Shown one piece after another: positions 11,561-23,728 of a stretch of DNA of 64,000 bases. The DNA is from Octopus sinensis. Taxonomy: Eukaryota. The position numbers and the translations under genes were made by a program. Position 1 is the stretch's first letter. Every line of letters begins with the position of its first letter. Under the pieces are notes generated by a model that searched no databases, was not told the DNA's origin, and saw only the letters and a list, made by a program, of their open reading frames with translations. The stretch lies in the NCBI RefSeq assembly GCF_006345805.1, contig NC_043006.1:17794001-17858000 (forward strand). The letters are read 5' to 3'.

Positions 11561-12241
11561 GCAATGTGAATAAATATGCATTATGTTTCACAGAGTAATT
11601 CAAATGTTAAATGGTTATGGCAGTAGAGTAGGATTTGTGCAGAATTTAGCTGCTGTTTGTAAAAGAAGTAGATAACTGCATACTAAGGCTTTTCTCGATG
11701 ATAAAATAATTTGGCCATCAACACATCAGGTAAATACGCCCATGAAGTCAAGAAACAAGTAATCAATACCAATATACATGATAGATTAGTTCATATTTTA
11801 AAGATCATTCTGCCAGAGGCTATTTTTAAGAAGTACATGACTACATGCACACACGCACATTATGCAACCAGTTAACAAATGAAAACAGACTGTTATGCAA
11901 TAAAAACGATCCAGAATTATTGACAGTTGCACAGTTTATAGACTTGTAGCAATAAATAACCAGTCTTCTTGCTGATCAAGATTAAAAATAGAATGCAAAT
12001 CTGATTCCATGAGATGTGGTGTGGTCTTTAAGCGGTCAGTTTTCTTGTACTCCTTTTGTGTGGTGATGGCAGCAGTGGTTGCTGCCGTTGCTTCTCTTGG
12101 CTCCACTTCCATCTCTCCTATTCAGCTTTTGTCTTTCATTTTTTTATGTGTTCATACTCATTCTTTCCATATTGATTGGAACATTTAAGTCCCAAAATCC
12201 ATTACTAAGTTAGTGGATTTTGGGACTTAAAAGTTAATCTA

Positions 12242-12406
12242 TAGGCGCAGGAGTGGCTGTGTGGTAAGTAGCTTGCTAACCAACCAAATGGTTTTGGGTT
12301 CAGTCCCACTGCATGGTACCTTGGGCAAGTGTCTTCTATTGTAGCCTCAGGCCAACCAAACCCTTGTGAGTGGATTTTCTAGACGGAAACTGAAAGAAGC
12401 CTGTCG

Positions 12407-12475
<69 letters not shown>

Positions 12476-12683
12476 ATGTTTGTGTGTCTGTGTTTGTCCC
12501 CCCAACATCACTTGACAACCGATGCTGGTATGTTTGTGTTCCAGTAACCTAGCAGTTCGGCAAAAGAGATTGATAGAAAAAGTACTAGGCTTACAAAGAA
12601 TAAGTCCTGGGGTCGATTTGCTCGACTAAAGGCAGTGCTCCAGCATGGCCACAGTCAAATGACTGAAACAAGTAAAAGAGTAA
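12242..12683 (+). mobile_element. SINE family A, full length, with internal (GT)n
   Basis: A-box/B-box-like head (ggctgtgtggtaag; ggttcagtccc) and tail gaaacaagtaaaagagtaa. Confidence 0.9.
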
Positions 12684-14212
12684 GTTATCTCAATCTATTC
12701 ATTTCCTTCTTTTCAATAAATTTGTTGGTGCTGATGAGTATAGCTGGCATTTTATAGTAGCAGATAGAAACAGTGCGATTGATGTTGGATTTGGTAGTAC
12801 CTTAAAGGGGCAGCTTCACACACACTGACAGAAGATGAGGCTATGAATTTCTAGAAACTTTGATTTTTGGATTAGAAACTTTATTGTTCCATGCAAGCTG
12901 TAAGGTATTTCTGACGTAAAATATGAAAAATGTCTTCATAGGAAATGTTCAAACTAAAATCTGTGTGTATTTACACCCACACACATATCATCATTTAAGC
13001 ATTCACTTTTCCATGCTTGTATGGGTTGGACAGAGTTTATTTAGAAAATTTTTTTCCTCTGTTTCCAAGCAAGGTAATATTTCCCCATGGCCAGATGTGT
13101 TTTTGCTGAATAGTGTATTAAAATATGTATTTATACAGGTGCAGACATGGCTGTATACCTCATGATTGTGGGCCCAGTGCTCTAACCATTGAGCCATGCG
13201 CCTTCACACACTCACATACACACATATAAATAAAAAAAGATGGATAAGCGCCACTTCATTACAGCTGTTCATTACACATATTCAAGTGCCACGTGTGTGA
13301 TTTTTCTCTAATTAAAATTTGTTCATAATAATAATGCTTTTTTGTTTTCATTTTGTGTATTCATAGCACATTAATAACATTAATTTGAGAAAATATTGTT
13401 ATCTAGCTGTTGAAAAGATGAAAGGAATATGAAATAACTATCTCTGTTTCATTCTCATCAGTAATACAATACTATTGTACATATGGCTGTCATAGGTTGA
13501 TTTAAGAAATGGAACAGGTGTCTCAGTACCGACACAAGATAACAAACTTTACTTTTACATTCAGTATCTCACTTCTTTCCCTCCACCGAATGGTAGATAA
13601 ATTACTGAAAATGTTTTTCATCTTAATGAAGTGCAGGCATGACTATGTGGACTCTGTTGTCTAGTGCCTTGTACTGTAGTCACAGATTGACCAATATTTA
13701 GTAAATAGAATTAGTAGACAGAAATCCAAGAAGTACACTCACATTGAAATATGTTTCATTAAATACATGACTATGTTCCAGTTTAATCTTTCTCATTTTA
13801 GAATTTTTCATTTTATTTTTATTAGCTTTCTATTGTTGGTTTGAAACAGTAGAATTCCTGAATCCATACCTTCACAGTCTTGTTTTTCAAGAATTGAATG
13901 TATTTAACATTTAGGTTGTTTCTTATACACTAATTGAATTTGTGTAGACTTTTCCACCAAAGGTGGTTTTGACTGTTAACAGTATACCTGAGCACTCATG
14001 TCTTGATTCGTATGTCTCCATCAATATACACCAATTTTACTCACAAACTGTTGGTCAGCTAATGGGTATAGTCCAGTAGACCAGCCAACAGCATCAACAC
14101 AGTAGGACCAAACTTCTAATCATGTGGTTCTAAAGGAAACTGCTTAACATAGCTATGCCTGTACCTCGTTACAAATAAGCAACACACACACACATACATA
14201 CATATATATTGT

Positions 14213-14424
14213 TCTTTTACTTGTTTCTGTCATTTGACTGTGACCATGCTGGGTTTTAGTCAAACAAATCAACCCCAGGACTTCTTTCTTTTTTAGACCT
14301 AGTACTTATTCTGTCAGTCTCGTTTGCCAAACCTCTAAGTTACGGGGGATGTAAACACACCAACACTGTCAAACAGTAATGGGGAGGACAAACAGAGACA
14401 CAGACACATACACACATAGATATA

Positions 14425-14461
<37 letters not shown>

Positions 14462-14843
14462 ATGTATGTATAAACTGGAGAGAGACAGCATGTTCTTTGT
14501 CTATCTCCTTAACTTCTTGGAGGTTTTAGGTATAATTATACTAATGTGTCCATCTGTTCTAATTTAATTAAATTCTATGTCTTTGTGCAGCTGAAGATTG
14601 CTCTGCATTTCAAATTGATGTAATGATTATTCAATTAAATGGAGTTGCATGAAACATCCTTGTTGGTTATTTTGATTATATATATATAATATTTGACGGG
14701 CTTCTTTCAGTTTCTGTCTACTAAATCCACTCACAAGGCTTTGGAGTGTATTAGAAGACACTTGCCCAAAGTGCCACGCAGTGGGGCTGAACCCAAAACC
14801 ATGTGGTTGGGGAGCAAGCTTCTTACCACACAGTCATGCCTGT
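14213..14843 (-). mobile_element. SINE family A, interrupted at its internal microsatellite
   Basis: 3' half at 14213-14460 and 5' half at 14695-14843. Confidence 0.8.
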
Positions 14844-15649
14844 AGGTGGGGTAAATGTAAATACACGTATAGCTGTGTATGGATTGTGTATATATATGTA
14901 TATTAATTGCTCACTGTTTCTGATATATCACCACTATTTCTTCAAGGCACTAAATATATCTGCTAAGTTATTTATTTAATTTCAAGAAAATCTTGCATAG
15001 AAGAACTATAAGAGATTTTAAGCATATAAAAGTGATTTATTTATTATTCTGAGCATCTCAGTTAAAAATATACTTATATAATTATTTCTCCTTTTTATTC
15101 ATCCAAACTTCTATCTATCTATCTATCTGTCTATCTATCTATCAGTTTCTCTCTCTCTCTTTCTCTCTCATATCATGTGTATATGTGTGTGTGCATCTGT
15201 ATAATATGGCTATACTGACATTAAAAGCATTGAAATCATGAATATTGTTTCAAACCAAGACTGCTTCAAGCTAGCTGGTTGTGGCCATGCTGGTGCACTG
15301 CCACCAAATAGTTGTTTGTAGGCCCTTATGGAAGTTATTTATACATTTTACAAAAATATTTTTTTTTACTTATTTCTATTTCATTACAAGCAGAATTCTT
15401 AGCTAAAAGCTAGATTATAAAAGAAATTCAATTTTTATCCTTTGGCTAGCTTTTGGGAATATTCAATATGAATATATGACTTAATACTGTTTAAAGTAAT
15501 GGCCAGCATATTTTGTAAATTAATTCATTGAATGATATAACAACATGTCTGTGAATCTAACAAATATAAATGTCCATTTTTTAAAAAATTCATTTGTGAA
15601 ACTTTGAGAATTTAACCATTAAAATTTTTTCCATTTCTGATCATTTCAG

Positions 15650-15833
15650 ACAGTGGTGTAAAAGGACGTGGTGTACCCGTAATCTGTGTGGTTTTAGAAG
15701 GTGGGGCCAATACCATCCGTTCTGTTTTGGAATATGTGACAGATTCCCCTCCAATACCAGTTGTAGTTTGTGATGGAAGTGGACGTGCTGCTGACTTGCT
15801 AGCATTTACTCATAAATATACCTCAGATGATGG
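15650..15833 (+). CDS. trpm: TRPM exon A (184 nt, phase 1 to 2)
   Basis: Acceptor tcatttcAG at 15648-49, donor GTaaat at 15834. Encodes [46 protein letters not shown], the hallmark TRPM SLOG/MHR motif. Confidence 0.95.
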
Positions 15834-16247
15834 GTAAATATCAAAGTCTCATCAAGAATTTCTTTATATATGTGATATTGATATTTTATGATATTAATTG
15901 TATGTGCATGTATATACGTGTGAATGTTTACATTCTGCACTCAACTCACTTAGAGGCTGTGATGGTTGTTGATGTTTCCCTCTTAAAAGGTCCTTTACTT
16001 GAGAAACAGAAAAGGGTTTGCAAAAATACTTCAGTAATATGTATGCATCTAACTCATGGTAAAACAGGCACAAAACCAATGCACTATATATATATACATA
16101 CATATATATATACACCCACACATATATATGTATATATGTATATATATATATACATATATACATACACACACACATATGTATGTGTATATATGTATATATA
16201 TATATATATATACACATACATACATACACACACACATACATATATGT

Positions 16248-16470
16248 GCTTTTATTCTTTTATTTGTTTCAGTCATTTGACTGCGGCCATGCTGGAGTAC
16301 TGCTTTTAGTCAAACTAATCAACCCCAAGACTTATTATTTGTAAGCCTAGTACTTATTCTGTCGGTCTATTTAGGTGAACCGCTAAGTTATGGGGGCATA
16401 AACACACCAACATTGGTTGTCAAACGGTAGTGGGGGGTACAACACACACACACACACACACACACACATA
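16248..16470 (-). mobile_element. SINE family A, 3' half
   Basis: tttcagtcatttgactgcggccatgctggag...ctaagttatggggg...(CA)n. Confidence 0.85.
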
Positions 16471-16473
16471 TGT

Positions 16474-16720
16474 ATTAGGTTGTGAAGAAAGTTTTTGTGG
16501 TTTTTAACATTTGAATTCAGTTGCACATATATCGGCTCAAACAAAACTTTATTAATTGAAATAAACACCATCAGAATCAACACACTTTTGCCAATGCGAA
16601 ACAAGTTTATTTATGCCAGTAGCATAAAAATCCTGCTTTCTGGTGGCGATGAAGCCGTTGAAGGCACATTGTAACTCATGGGAGAAAATGTGGTTGACAA
16701 GACCAATATAAAATAGGCAG
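16474..16720 (-). mobile_element. mariner (DD34D) transposase C-terminal remnant with TIR
   Basis: Minus strand FYATGINKLVSHWQKCVDSDGVYFN*; TA|TTAGGTTG terminus near 16475. Confidence 0.8.
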
Positions 16721-16764
16721 ATCCTGTGGCACTGAGGACATATATGCACACTTGTCTGTATATA

Positions 16765-17536
16765 CACGGTGCAGTGAATATATTGTCGTCTAATATCTTG
16801 AAATACTAAAGAGTAATTTTATTCAATAAAACTGTCATTGACTTCAACCATGGTCTCCAGGCAACTTCAGAATCTCTTGCAACTCTTCTGGACGATCTCC
16901 TTGTTTAAGTTGGTCAATGCTGCTATGATCCTGGTCTCGTGCTCAACTGTGCCCCATACATAATAATTAAGAGGGTTGTAGTTTGGGGAGTTAGGTGGCC
17001 AGATGTTAGGGGTGATGTGGTCGCAGAAATTGTGTGACAGCTATGACTGGGTTCTCCTATATTTGTGTGACATGGTGCAGAGTCCTGTTGCCAGATATAG
17101 TGTTTTCCAGCAACCACCCTCTTGACCCAGGGCAGCACTACCTCTTCCAGGCACTTGATGTAGGCCTCCGTGTTGAGAGTGAGGCCATGTGAAAAGATGA
17201 ATGGTGGCATACCATCGCCATCACTAGTGATCACTTCAAACACCATGATGTCGACTGGATGTTTGATTTTTATCAATCTCTGTACATGCACTCTCCCCAG
17301 ATTGACACCCAAACACTATGAAATGTTAGTATTGGAGCTTCCAGTATGAATGCCATGCAGTGCAGCATGTCATTTCCAAATTTCTGGCAGAGTGAATTGT
17401 GTCATGGTGCCGTTTTTATCACAGACAGTGCCCAACTGACCCTACCATACTGTGTAATCAAGAAAATCAAAAACAAACCATGCACATGCGTGAAATTAAA
17501 GATATAAAATGACGACAATTTACCCATCGCACCCTG
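16765..17536 (-). mobile_element. Internally deleted maT (DD37D) Tc1/mariner element, copy 1
   Basis: TA-flanked CAGGGTGC/CACGGTGC TIRs; ORF remnant IKHPVDIMVFEVITSDG...YIWQQDSAPCH. Confidence 0.9.
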
Positions 17537-17820
17537 TATATAGGAGGCGGGCAGTGATTGATTAAACATTGTGTCTAATAATGTACATTATTTATAGATT
17601 ACAGCCAACTTAAACAGTTTCGTATAATCTTAAACTGAGAGTGGTCCATCTGTTAATTATTTGTATAAAACCTCATTTGTAGTGGATATAATTTTGATTA
17701 TATCAGGTGGCATTGTTGTTACCTTTAGAACTAGAAAGCCATGCGCTATTTTATTCGGTATGTTATTTTTAAGTAGATAAATCTTAACAGAAATTTAGGT
17801 TATACACCTTCAAAAATTCT

Positions 17821-18051
17821 TTAGCCCATTTGTTATATTTCTGTTGAAATACACAGGCTTTGTTTCAGTTAATTATGAAAATAATGAAAGATCTATTAAA
17901 ATATATTTTGTCATTAGAAAGCTGGTGTTTGGGACATAACTTAATATGAAATATTATTAGTGGTTTTTTTAATTTTAGATCACTTTAACACAAGAAGTTT
18001 GTGTCATAGAGCCAGGGACTTCCTCAGGCAAGTTTCTATTGAAAGGGTTAA
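17821..18051. mobile_element. piggyBac-type MITE (second family) between the maT copies
   Basis: Ends AAAGGGTTAA; interior is shared with the 37720 and 61954 copies. Confidence 0.65.
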
Positions 18052-18135
18052 TAACTGTAAAGCGCTTATATTTCTCAGTTTGATTATTTCATCTATCAAT
18101 CCAAAAATGTATGTATGTGTGCATATATATATTTA

Positions 18136-18987
18136 CAGGGTGCAATGGGTAAATTGTTGCTATTTTATATTTCTAATTTTGCGCATGCGCAGTGTTTGTT
18201 TTTGGTTTTGTTAATTACACAATATAGTAGGGTCAGTTGAGCACCAGCTGTGAGAAAAACAGTACCATGATACAATTCACTCCACCAGACATTTGAAAAC
18301 AACATGCTGTACCACTTGGCATTCACGCCGGAAGCTCCAATACAAATATTTCAGAGTGTTTGGATGTCAATCTGAGGACATGTACCGAGAGTGATAAAAA
18401 TCAAACATCCAGTCAGCATCGTGGTGTTTGGAGTGATCACTAGTGATGACGACGTTATCCTTCCATTCATTTTCCCACATGGCCTCACACTCAACATGGA
18501 GGCCTACGTCAAGTGCCTGAAGGATGTAGTGCTGCCCTGTGTCAAGAGGGTGGCTGCTAGAAAACAGGACTCTGCACCATGCCACACAAGCAGGAGAACC
18601 CAGTCATGACTGTCAGGCAATTTCTGCGACCACGCCACCCCTAACATCTGGCCACCTAACTCCCCAGACTGCAACCCCCTTGATTATTATGTGTGTGTGG
18701 CACAGTTGAGTGAGAGACTAACAAAACTCTTTGTAACACCAAATATGAACTGAAGGCAAGGATTATGGCAGCATTAACCAACTTAAACAAGGAGACCATC
18801 CAGAAGAGTTGCAGGAGATTCTGAAGTCGTCTGGAGGCCATTGTTGAAGCCAAATGGCGATTTTATTGAATAAATTTACTCTTTAATATTTCAAGATATT
18901 TTTATGTAAATATATCTGTGAAAATGAGATGTCAGCATTATTTTCATTTTTGCATAATTTAGACAACAGTTTATTCACCGCACCCTG
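18136..18987 (+). mobile_element. Internally deleted maT (DD37D) element, copy 2
   Basis: TA|CAGGGTGCAATGGGTAAATTG...TTATTCACCGCACCCTG|TA; QD-(37 aa)-D spacing in QDSAPCH...WPPNSPDCNPLD, read through one stop. Confidence 0.9.
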
Positions 18988-19510
18988 TATATATTGCAGT
19001 AGGCAGCATGCCAGTCTCATAATCCAAAATATATAATAACCTCAAATTCAACAGATAAACTATTTATGATACCAAGAGTACCGTTTTATTCTCTATTTAC
19101 TTTGGCCTTTCTTTATATAACAACTGGTTCAACAAACACATTCTTTCAATGAAGAAAATGGTTAAACTTCTTAGCAGTTTATAATATGCTACACTGTTTA
19201 TTCTCCTTATTCGGTTTTACATAGAACCGTTTTCCAAATAGCAAGGTTCCAATAAAAGGAGTGAATACTTTAGAAATGCCTCCAAATAAAAGTAGTGTGT
19301 GTGTGTGCTTGCATGTGTGTGTATGTGTACGTATGTGCGTGCACACGCATGCATGTGTTTGTTTTGTTATTTCCTTTTCTCTGTTTTATCAAGTGCAATG
19401 TTTTTATATTAATGTTTATCATTACTTTACATGTGTGTATGTCTAAACCATTTTGCTAAACTCTCTTTTTTTATTGTCTCTTTCCTTTCTTTTTTAATTG
19501 CTGACATTAG

Positions 19511-19634
19511 CATAATGCTCGAAGGAATTCGAGACCAGCTCATTGTAACTATTCAAAAGACATTCCAATATACCCAGTTGCAAGCAGAAAAACTTTTCAT
19601 TGAACTCATGTTATGTGTAAAAAAAAAAGAATTG
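19511..19634 (+). CDS. trpm: TRPM exon B (124 nt, phase 2 to 0)
   Basis: Acceptor cattAG at 19509-10, donor GTatgt at 19635. Encodes [20 protein letters not shown]...[11 protein letters not shown]; phases fit exons A and C. Confidence 0.93.
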
Positions 19635-20198
19635 GTATGTATCAATATCTTAATACACATCTCTTATACAACTCCAGTACCGTACAGCTTCATCATCATC
19701 ATTTCATCATCTCGTTAATATGGATGACTAACTGCATCAAGTTTCCTTGATTGTAACAATGCAAAGTAAATTTGAATTTGTAGTCCTTTTTTTTTTCCTA
19801 TACCATTCTCTGTTTCACACATTACAGCTCCTTTTTGTTTATTAATTCACTTCTCATTTTAAACAGTGTCATTTATCTGACCTATTAATGTTGTTGCTTT
19901 TTAGTATAGTACTTCGTGCTTATATATTCCTTTTTAATCTAGGATTTCATGTTCATACACTTCTTTCTAGCATTGGTCATGCACTCCTTTTCTTCTAATC
20001 TAGTTTAACAAAATAAATGCTGTTGTTTTACATTTTGAGCAGGAACACATACTCTAGTTTTGTACCTTATCATTAGCTAGCTTAATATATCTGTGATATG
20101 TTCCACTGTACATATAGTTATTAGTAATCTCATCTAACCCTTCAATATAAAGCATTAAAACCATAAAACTCACATAATGCTGCAAATATTTGTCTTTG

Positions 20199-20392
20199 TA
20201 CTCTTTTACTTGTTTCAGTCATTTGACTGCGGCCATGCTGGTCAAGCAAATCAACCCCAGGACTTATTCTTTGTAAGCCTATTACCTATTTTATCGGTCT
20301 CTTTTGCCGAACCACTAAGTTACGGGGACATAAACACACCAACATCGGTTGTCAAGCGATGTTCGAGGACAAACACACACAGTGTGTGTGTG

Positions 20393-20436
<44 letters not shown>

Positions 20437-20587
20437 CATATATTTCTGTCTGCCAAATCCACTCAAGGCTTTGGTCGGCCTGAGGCTATAGTAAAAGACA
20501 CTTGCCCAAGGTGCCATGCAGTGGGACTGAACCCAGAACCATATGGTAGAGAAGCAGGCTACTTACCACACAGCCACTCTTGCTTGT
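20199..20587 (-). mobile_element. SINE family A
   Basis: Near-complete antisense copy. Confidence 0.9.
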
Positions 20588-21549
20588 AGGTAAATATTTC
20601 AATGTATATATTTCTAGCTCTTGAAAATTCATTATTTCATGAATATAAATAAGCCAGTGTGTTTAAAATACTAATTGGGAAATTGAAAAGAAATTTGATT
20701 AGCAAAGATTGATTGTCTGAGATCTGATACACAGAAGAAAGATTAATAAGGTAATATTTATCAATACAAAAGAAATGTGGTCTAAAGCTTGTGGTATATC
20801 TTCCATGTGAATTTAATGCTTGTTGTGGCATGGCTGTGTGGTTAGGAAGTTTATTACCCACTGACATAGTTTCTGATTCAGCCCCACTGTGTGGTGCCTA
20901 GGGTGACTGACTTTGGTAGACATTGTGTCGGTGTATGTGTGTTTATGTCCCCACTTGACTTGACATTGTATGGTATTTGTAAGCAAGTATCACTGTCATA
21001 CAAGTAGTGTCAGTCATTTTTCGTACTTAATTAAAACATGTCAAGCATAGAGAAATAATATCTTGCTTGGAATCAGGTGAATGTTGGTGACAGGAAGGGC
21101 ATCCAACAGTAGAAAATCTGCCTCAGTGAATTCTGTCTAACCCATGCAAATATGAAAAAGTGCTTGTTAAAACAATGATGATGATGATGATAATCCTTTC
21201 TATTAAAGGCACAACGCCTGAAATTTTGGGGGAGGGGGGATAATGAATTACATTGACCCCAGTGTTTCACTGGTTTTTAATTTATCGAACCCCAAAAGGA
21301 TGAAAGTCAACCTCAGTGAAATTTGAACTCAGAGCGTAAGGATGGATGAAATGTCACTAAGCATTTTGCTCAGCATGCTAATGATTCTGCCATTTTGCTA
21401 TCTTAATGGTGATAATAATAATGAACTAATTGTATACACTACAACTCACCGGAAAAAGTAGCCAAAAGTGCATGAACAGTACAAAGAATAATGCACAAGA
21501 ACTGAGTCATTTAAGGAAAAAAAAGAAAGAAAGAAGAAAAAGGTGGGTA

Positions 21550-21700
21550 GGAGGACATCAGGTGTTCTGTTGGCAAATTTCTGGAAGCACGGAAGTTTTG
21601 AAGGATGTAGTCTTCTAACAGGTCACAACTGACACAGGTAGTTCATTCCATGCTTCAGCAATTCTGAGCATAGAAAAGATGTTTCCAAAGTCATGATGAT
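21550..21700 (-). mobile_element. CR1 3' remnant (same family as 10990-11560)
   Basis: Minus strand FSMLRIAEAWNELPVSVVTC. Confidence 0.75.
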
Positions 21701-21720
21701 GATAATTATATAACATTAAT

Positions 21721-21970
21721 GCCAGCCTCGCCTGGCCCCCCCGTGCCATCCGTTCGTGGCCGTTTGCCAGCTCCGTCTGGCATCTGTGCGGGTGGCACGT
21801 AAAAAGCACCCACTACACTCATGGAGTGGTTGGCGTTAGGAAGGGCATCCAGCCGTAGAAACACTGCCAGATCTGACTGGGCCTGATGCGGCCTTCCGGC
21901 TTCACAGACCCCAGTTGAACCATCCAACCCATGCTAGCATGGAAAACGGACGCTAAATGATGATGATGAT
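21721..21970 (+). mobile_element. SINE family C
   Basis: Ends ggaaaacggacgctaaatgatgatgatg. Confidence 0.9.
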
Positions 21971-22229
21971 TAATGCCAACTGTATTTTACATAAAATAAT
22001 AAACTCACAGCTAAGTTATTGTAGTGATTCCTACTTAGAAATTCTATGTTTTCTGTTCATACCAAGAAAACATTAGAAAAAAAATTTTTTAAAGCCAATC
22101 ATTATTTTCCTCAGCAGATGCTTGAATGTGTTAAACTTACTTCAGCAACTTAACAAAAGATGGTCTTAAAGTTTATGCACTTCTGAAAGGAACTGCTTGA
22201 CTATAATTGAAAACATTAACAATCACATA

Positions 22230-22459
22230 TACTCTTTTACTTGTTTCGGTCATTTGACTGCAGCCATGGTGGAGCACCGCCTTTAATCAACCAAATTGAC
22301 CAGAGGACTTATTCTTTGTAAGCCTAGGACTTATTCTATCAGCCTCTTTTGCTGAACCGCTAAGTTACAGGGATGTAAACACACCAGCATCGGTTGTCAA
22401 GTGATGTTGGGGGGACAAACACAGACACTAACTTATACACACACATACATTATATATAT

Positions 22460-22499
<40 letters not shown>

Positions 22500-22661
22500 C
22501 AGGCTTCTTTCAGTTTCCATCTGCCAAATCAACTCACAAGGCTTTGGTCAGCCCAAGGCTACAGTAGAAGACACATACCCAAGGTGCCATGCAGTGGGAA
22601 TGAACCCAGACCCATGTGGTTGGTAAGCAAGCTACTTACCACACAGCCACTCCTGCGCCTA
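22230..22661 (-). mobile_element. SINE family A, full length
   Basis: Ends ccacacagccactcctgcgccta. Confidence 0.9.
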
Positions 22662-23697
22662 TATGAATATTTAACTTATTTTTCTCATGTATTTTGCTGA
22701 ATATAGTTTAGCTTCAGAGACCTCCAAAATGGACATTTGAGTTGTTTTTGTGCTTTGTACTATGGGCTGTAGTTATTGACTTTTAATTCATATCTGTAAA
22801 GGTAAAATTGAAAAATATTTTAAAATTTAGCAGATGATATCACTGATGCTTAAATGAGAATCAGAAGAAATTCATTTTGTTTTTAATGTTTGTAATTGAA
22901 AAATAAAAGGAATTTCAATTGAAATGCTTCATAGTTTGAAATGGAATTACCCAACATATTTTCTGGAGTTATCAATAAAGCATCATCAAATTACCTTGTG
23001 GTACTTAGTTGCATCGTTCGATATCCAGTCAACTACATCCTAGAAAGCCATAGCTCAGCATGGCCATGGTCCAATGACTAAAACATTTTCGTCGTCATCA
23101 TCATCATTTTAACATCACCTTTTCATGCTTGCATGGATCAGATGAATATATTGTGTCAGACTTTGTTACACTTGAATATCCTAACTGTGACCAACTGTCA
23201 CTTGTTTCCAAGTCAAGTGATTATCACCCCATCTATCAAACAACAAACCACTCAGACATGTTTATGCAGAGAAGTGAAAGTTAATGACACTATCAGCAAA
23301 GCCTTTATTTACAATCAGCTAATTACATGTGATGATGAAGGAGAGACAAACACACAATGCACACTGACATACATATATACATGTCCATGTGTACTCTTTC
23401 TCTCTCGCATTCTCACACACACTCATGCTCAATGTATGTGTCTTGCTTGTTTTCTGGTAGGCTGCAATTTGGTGTGGTGGAGATGACTCCATCAAAGCAC
23501 TGGATGCTAAAACACCTGAGTGTCATAGACCGGCAAGACAACTCACCCCGAATCCCAATCAGAAGTGATGGGCATCAATGTTTTGCCATTTTTGTAGCTT
23601 ATCAACATCACGTACCTGAACTGAACTGGAGGCAAACTGAATCACCACTCCATGACTACATACAAATAGTATAAAAACCATGGTTCTAATTCATATA

Positions 23698-23728
<31 letters not shown>

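Noticed and set aside
11590-11728. Possible upstream TRPM exon ending ...ATC AAC ACA TCA G|GTAAAT
   Set aside because: The phase-1 frame has a TAA nine codons upstream and no HFILxDNGT/GKYG motif; the true upstream exon is outside the window.
12725-12800. CTGATGAG...GAAAC motif and HFIVAD peptide
   Set aside because: Stems I and III cannot form for a hammerhead, and the peptide does not extend into TRPM-like sequence or have splice sites.
15827-16309. 160-aa ORF starting at the end of exon A
   Set aside because: It crosses the donor into a TA/CA microsatellite and is low complexity; a trial cassette at ttAG 15952 hits a stop in the required phase.
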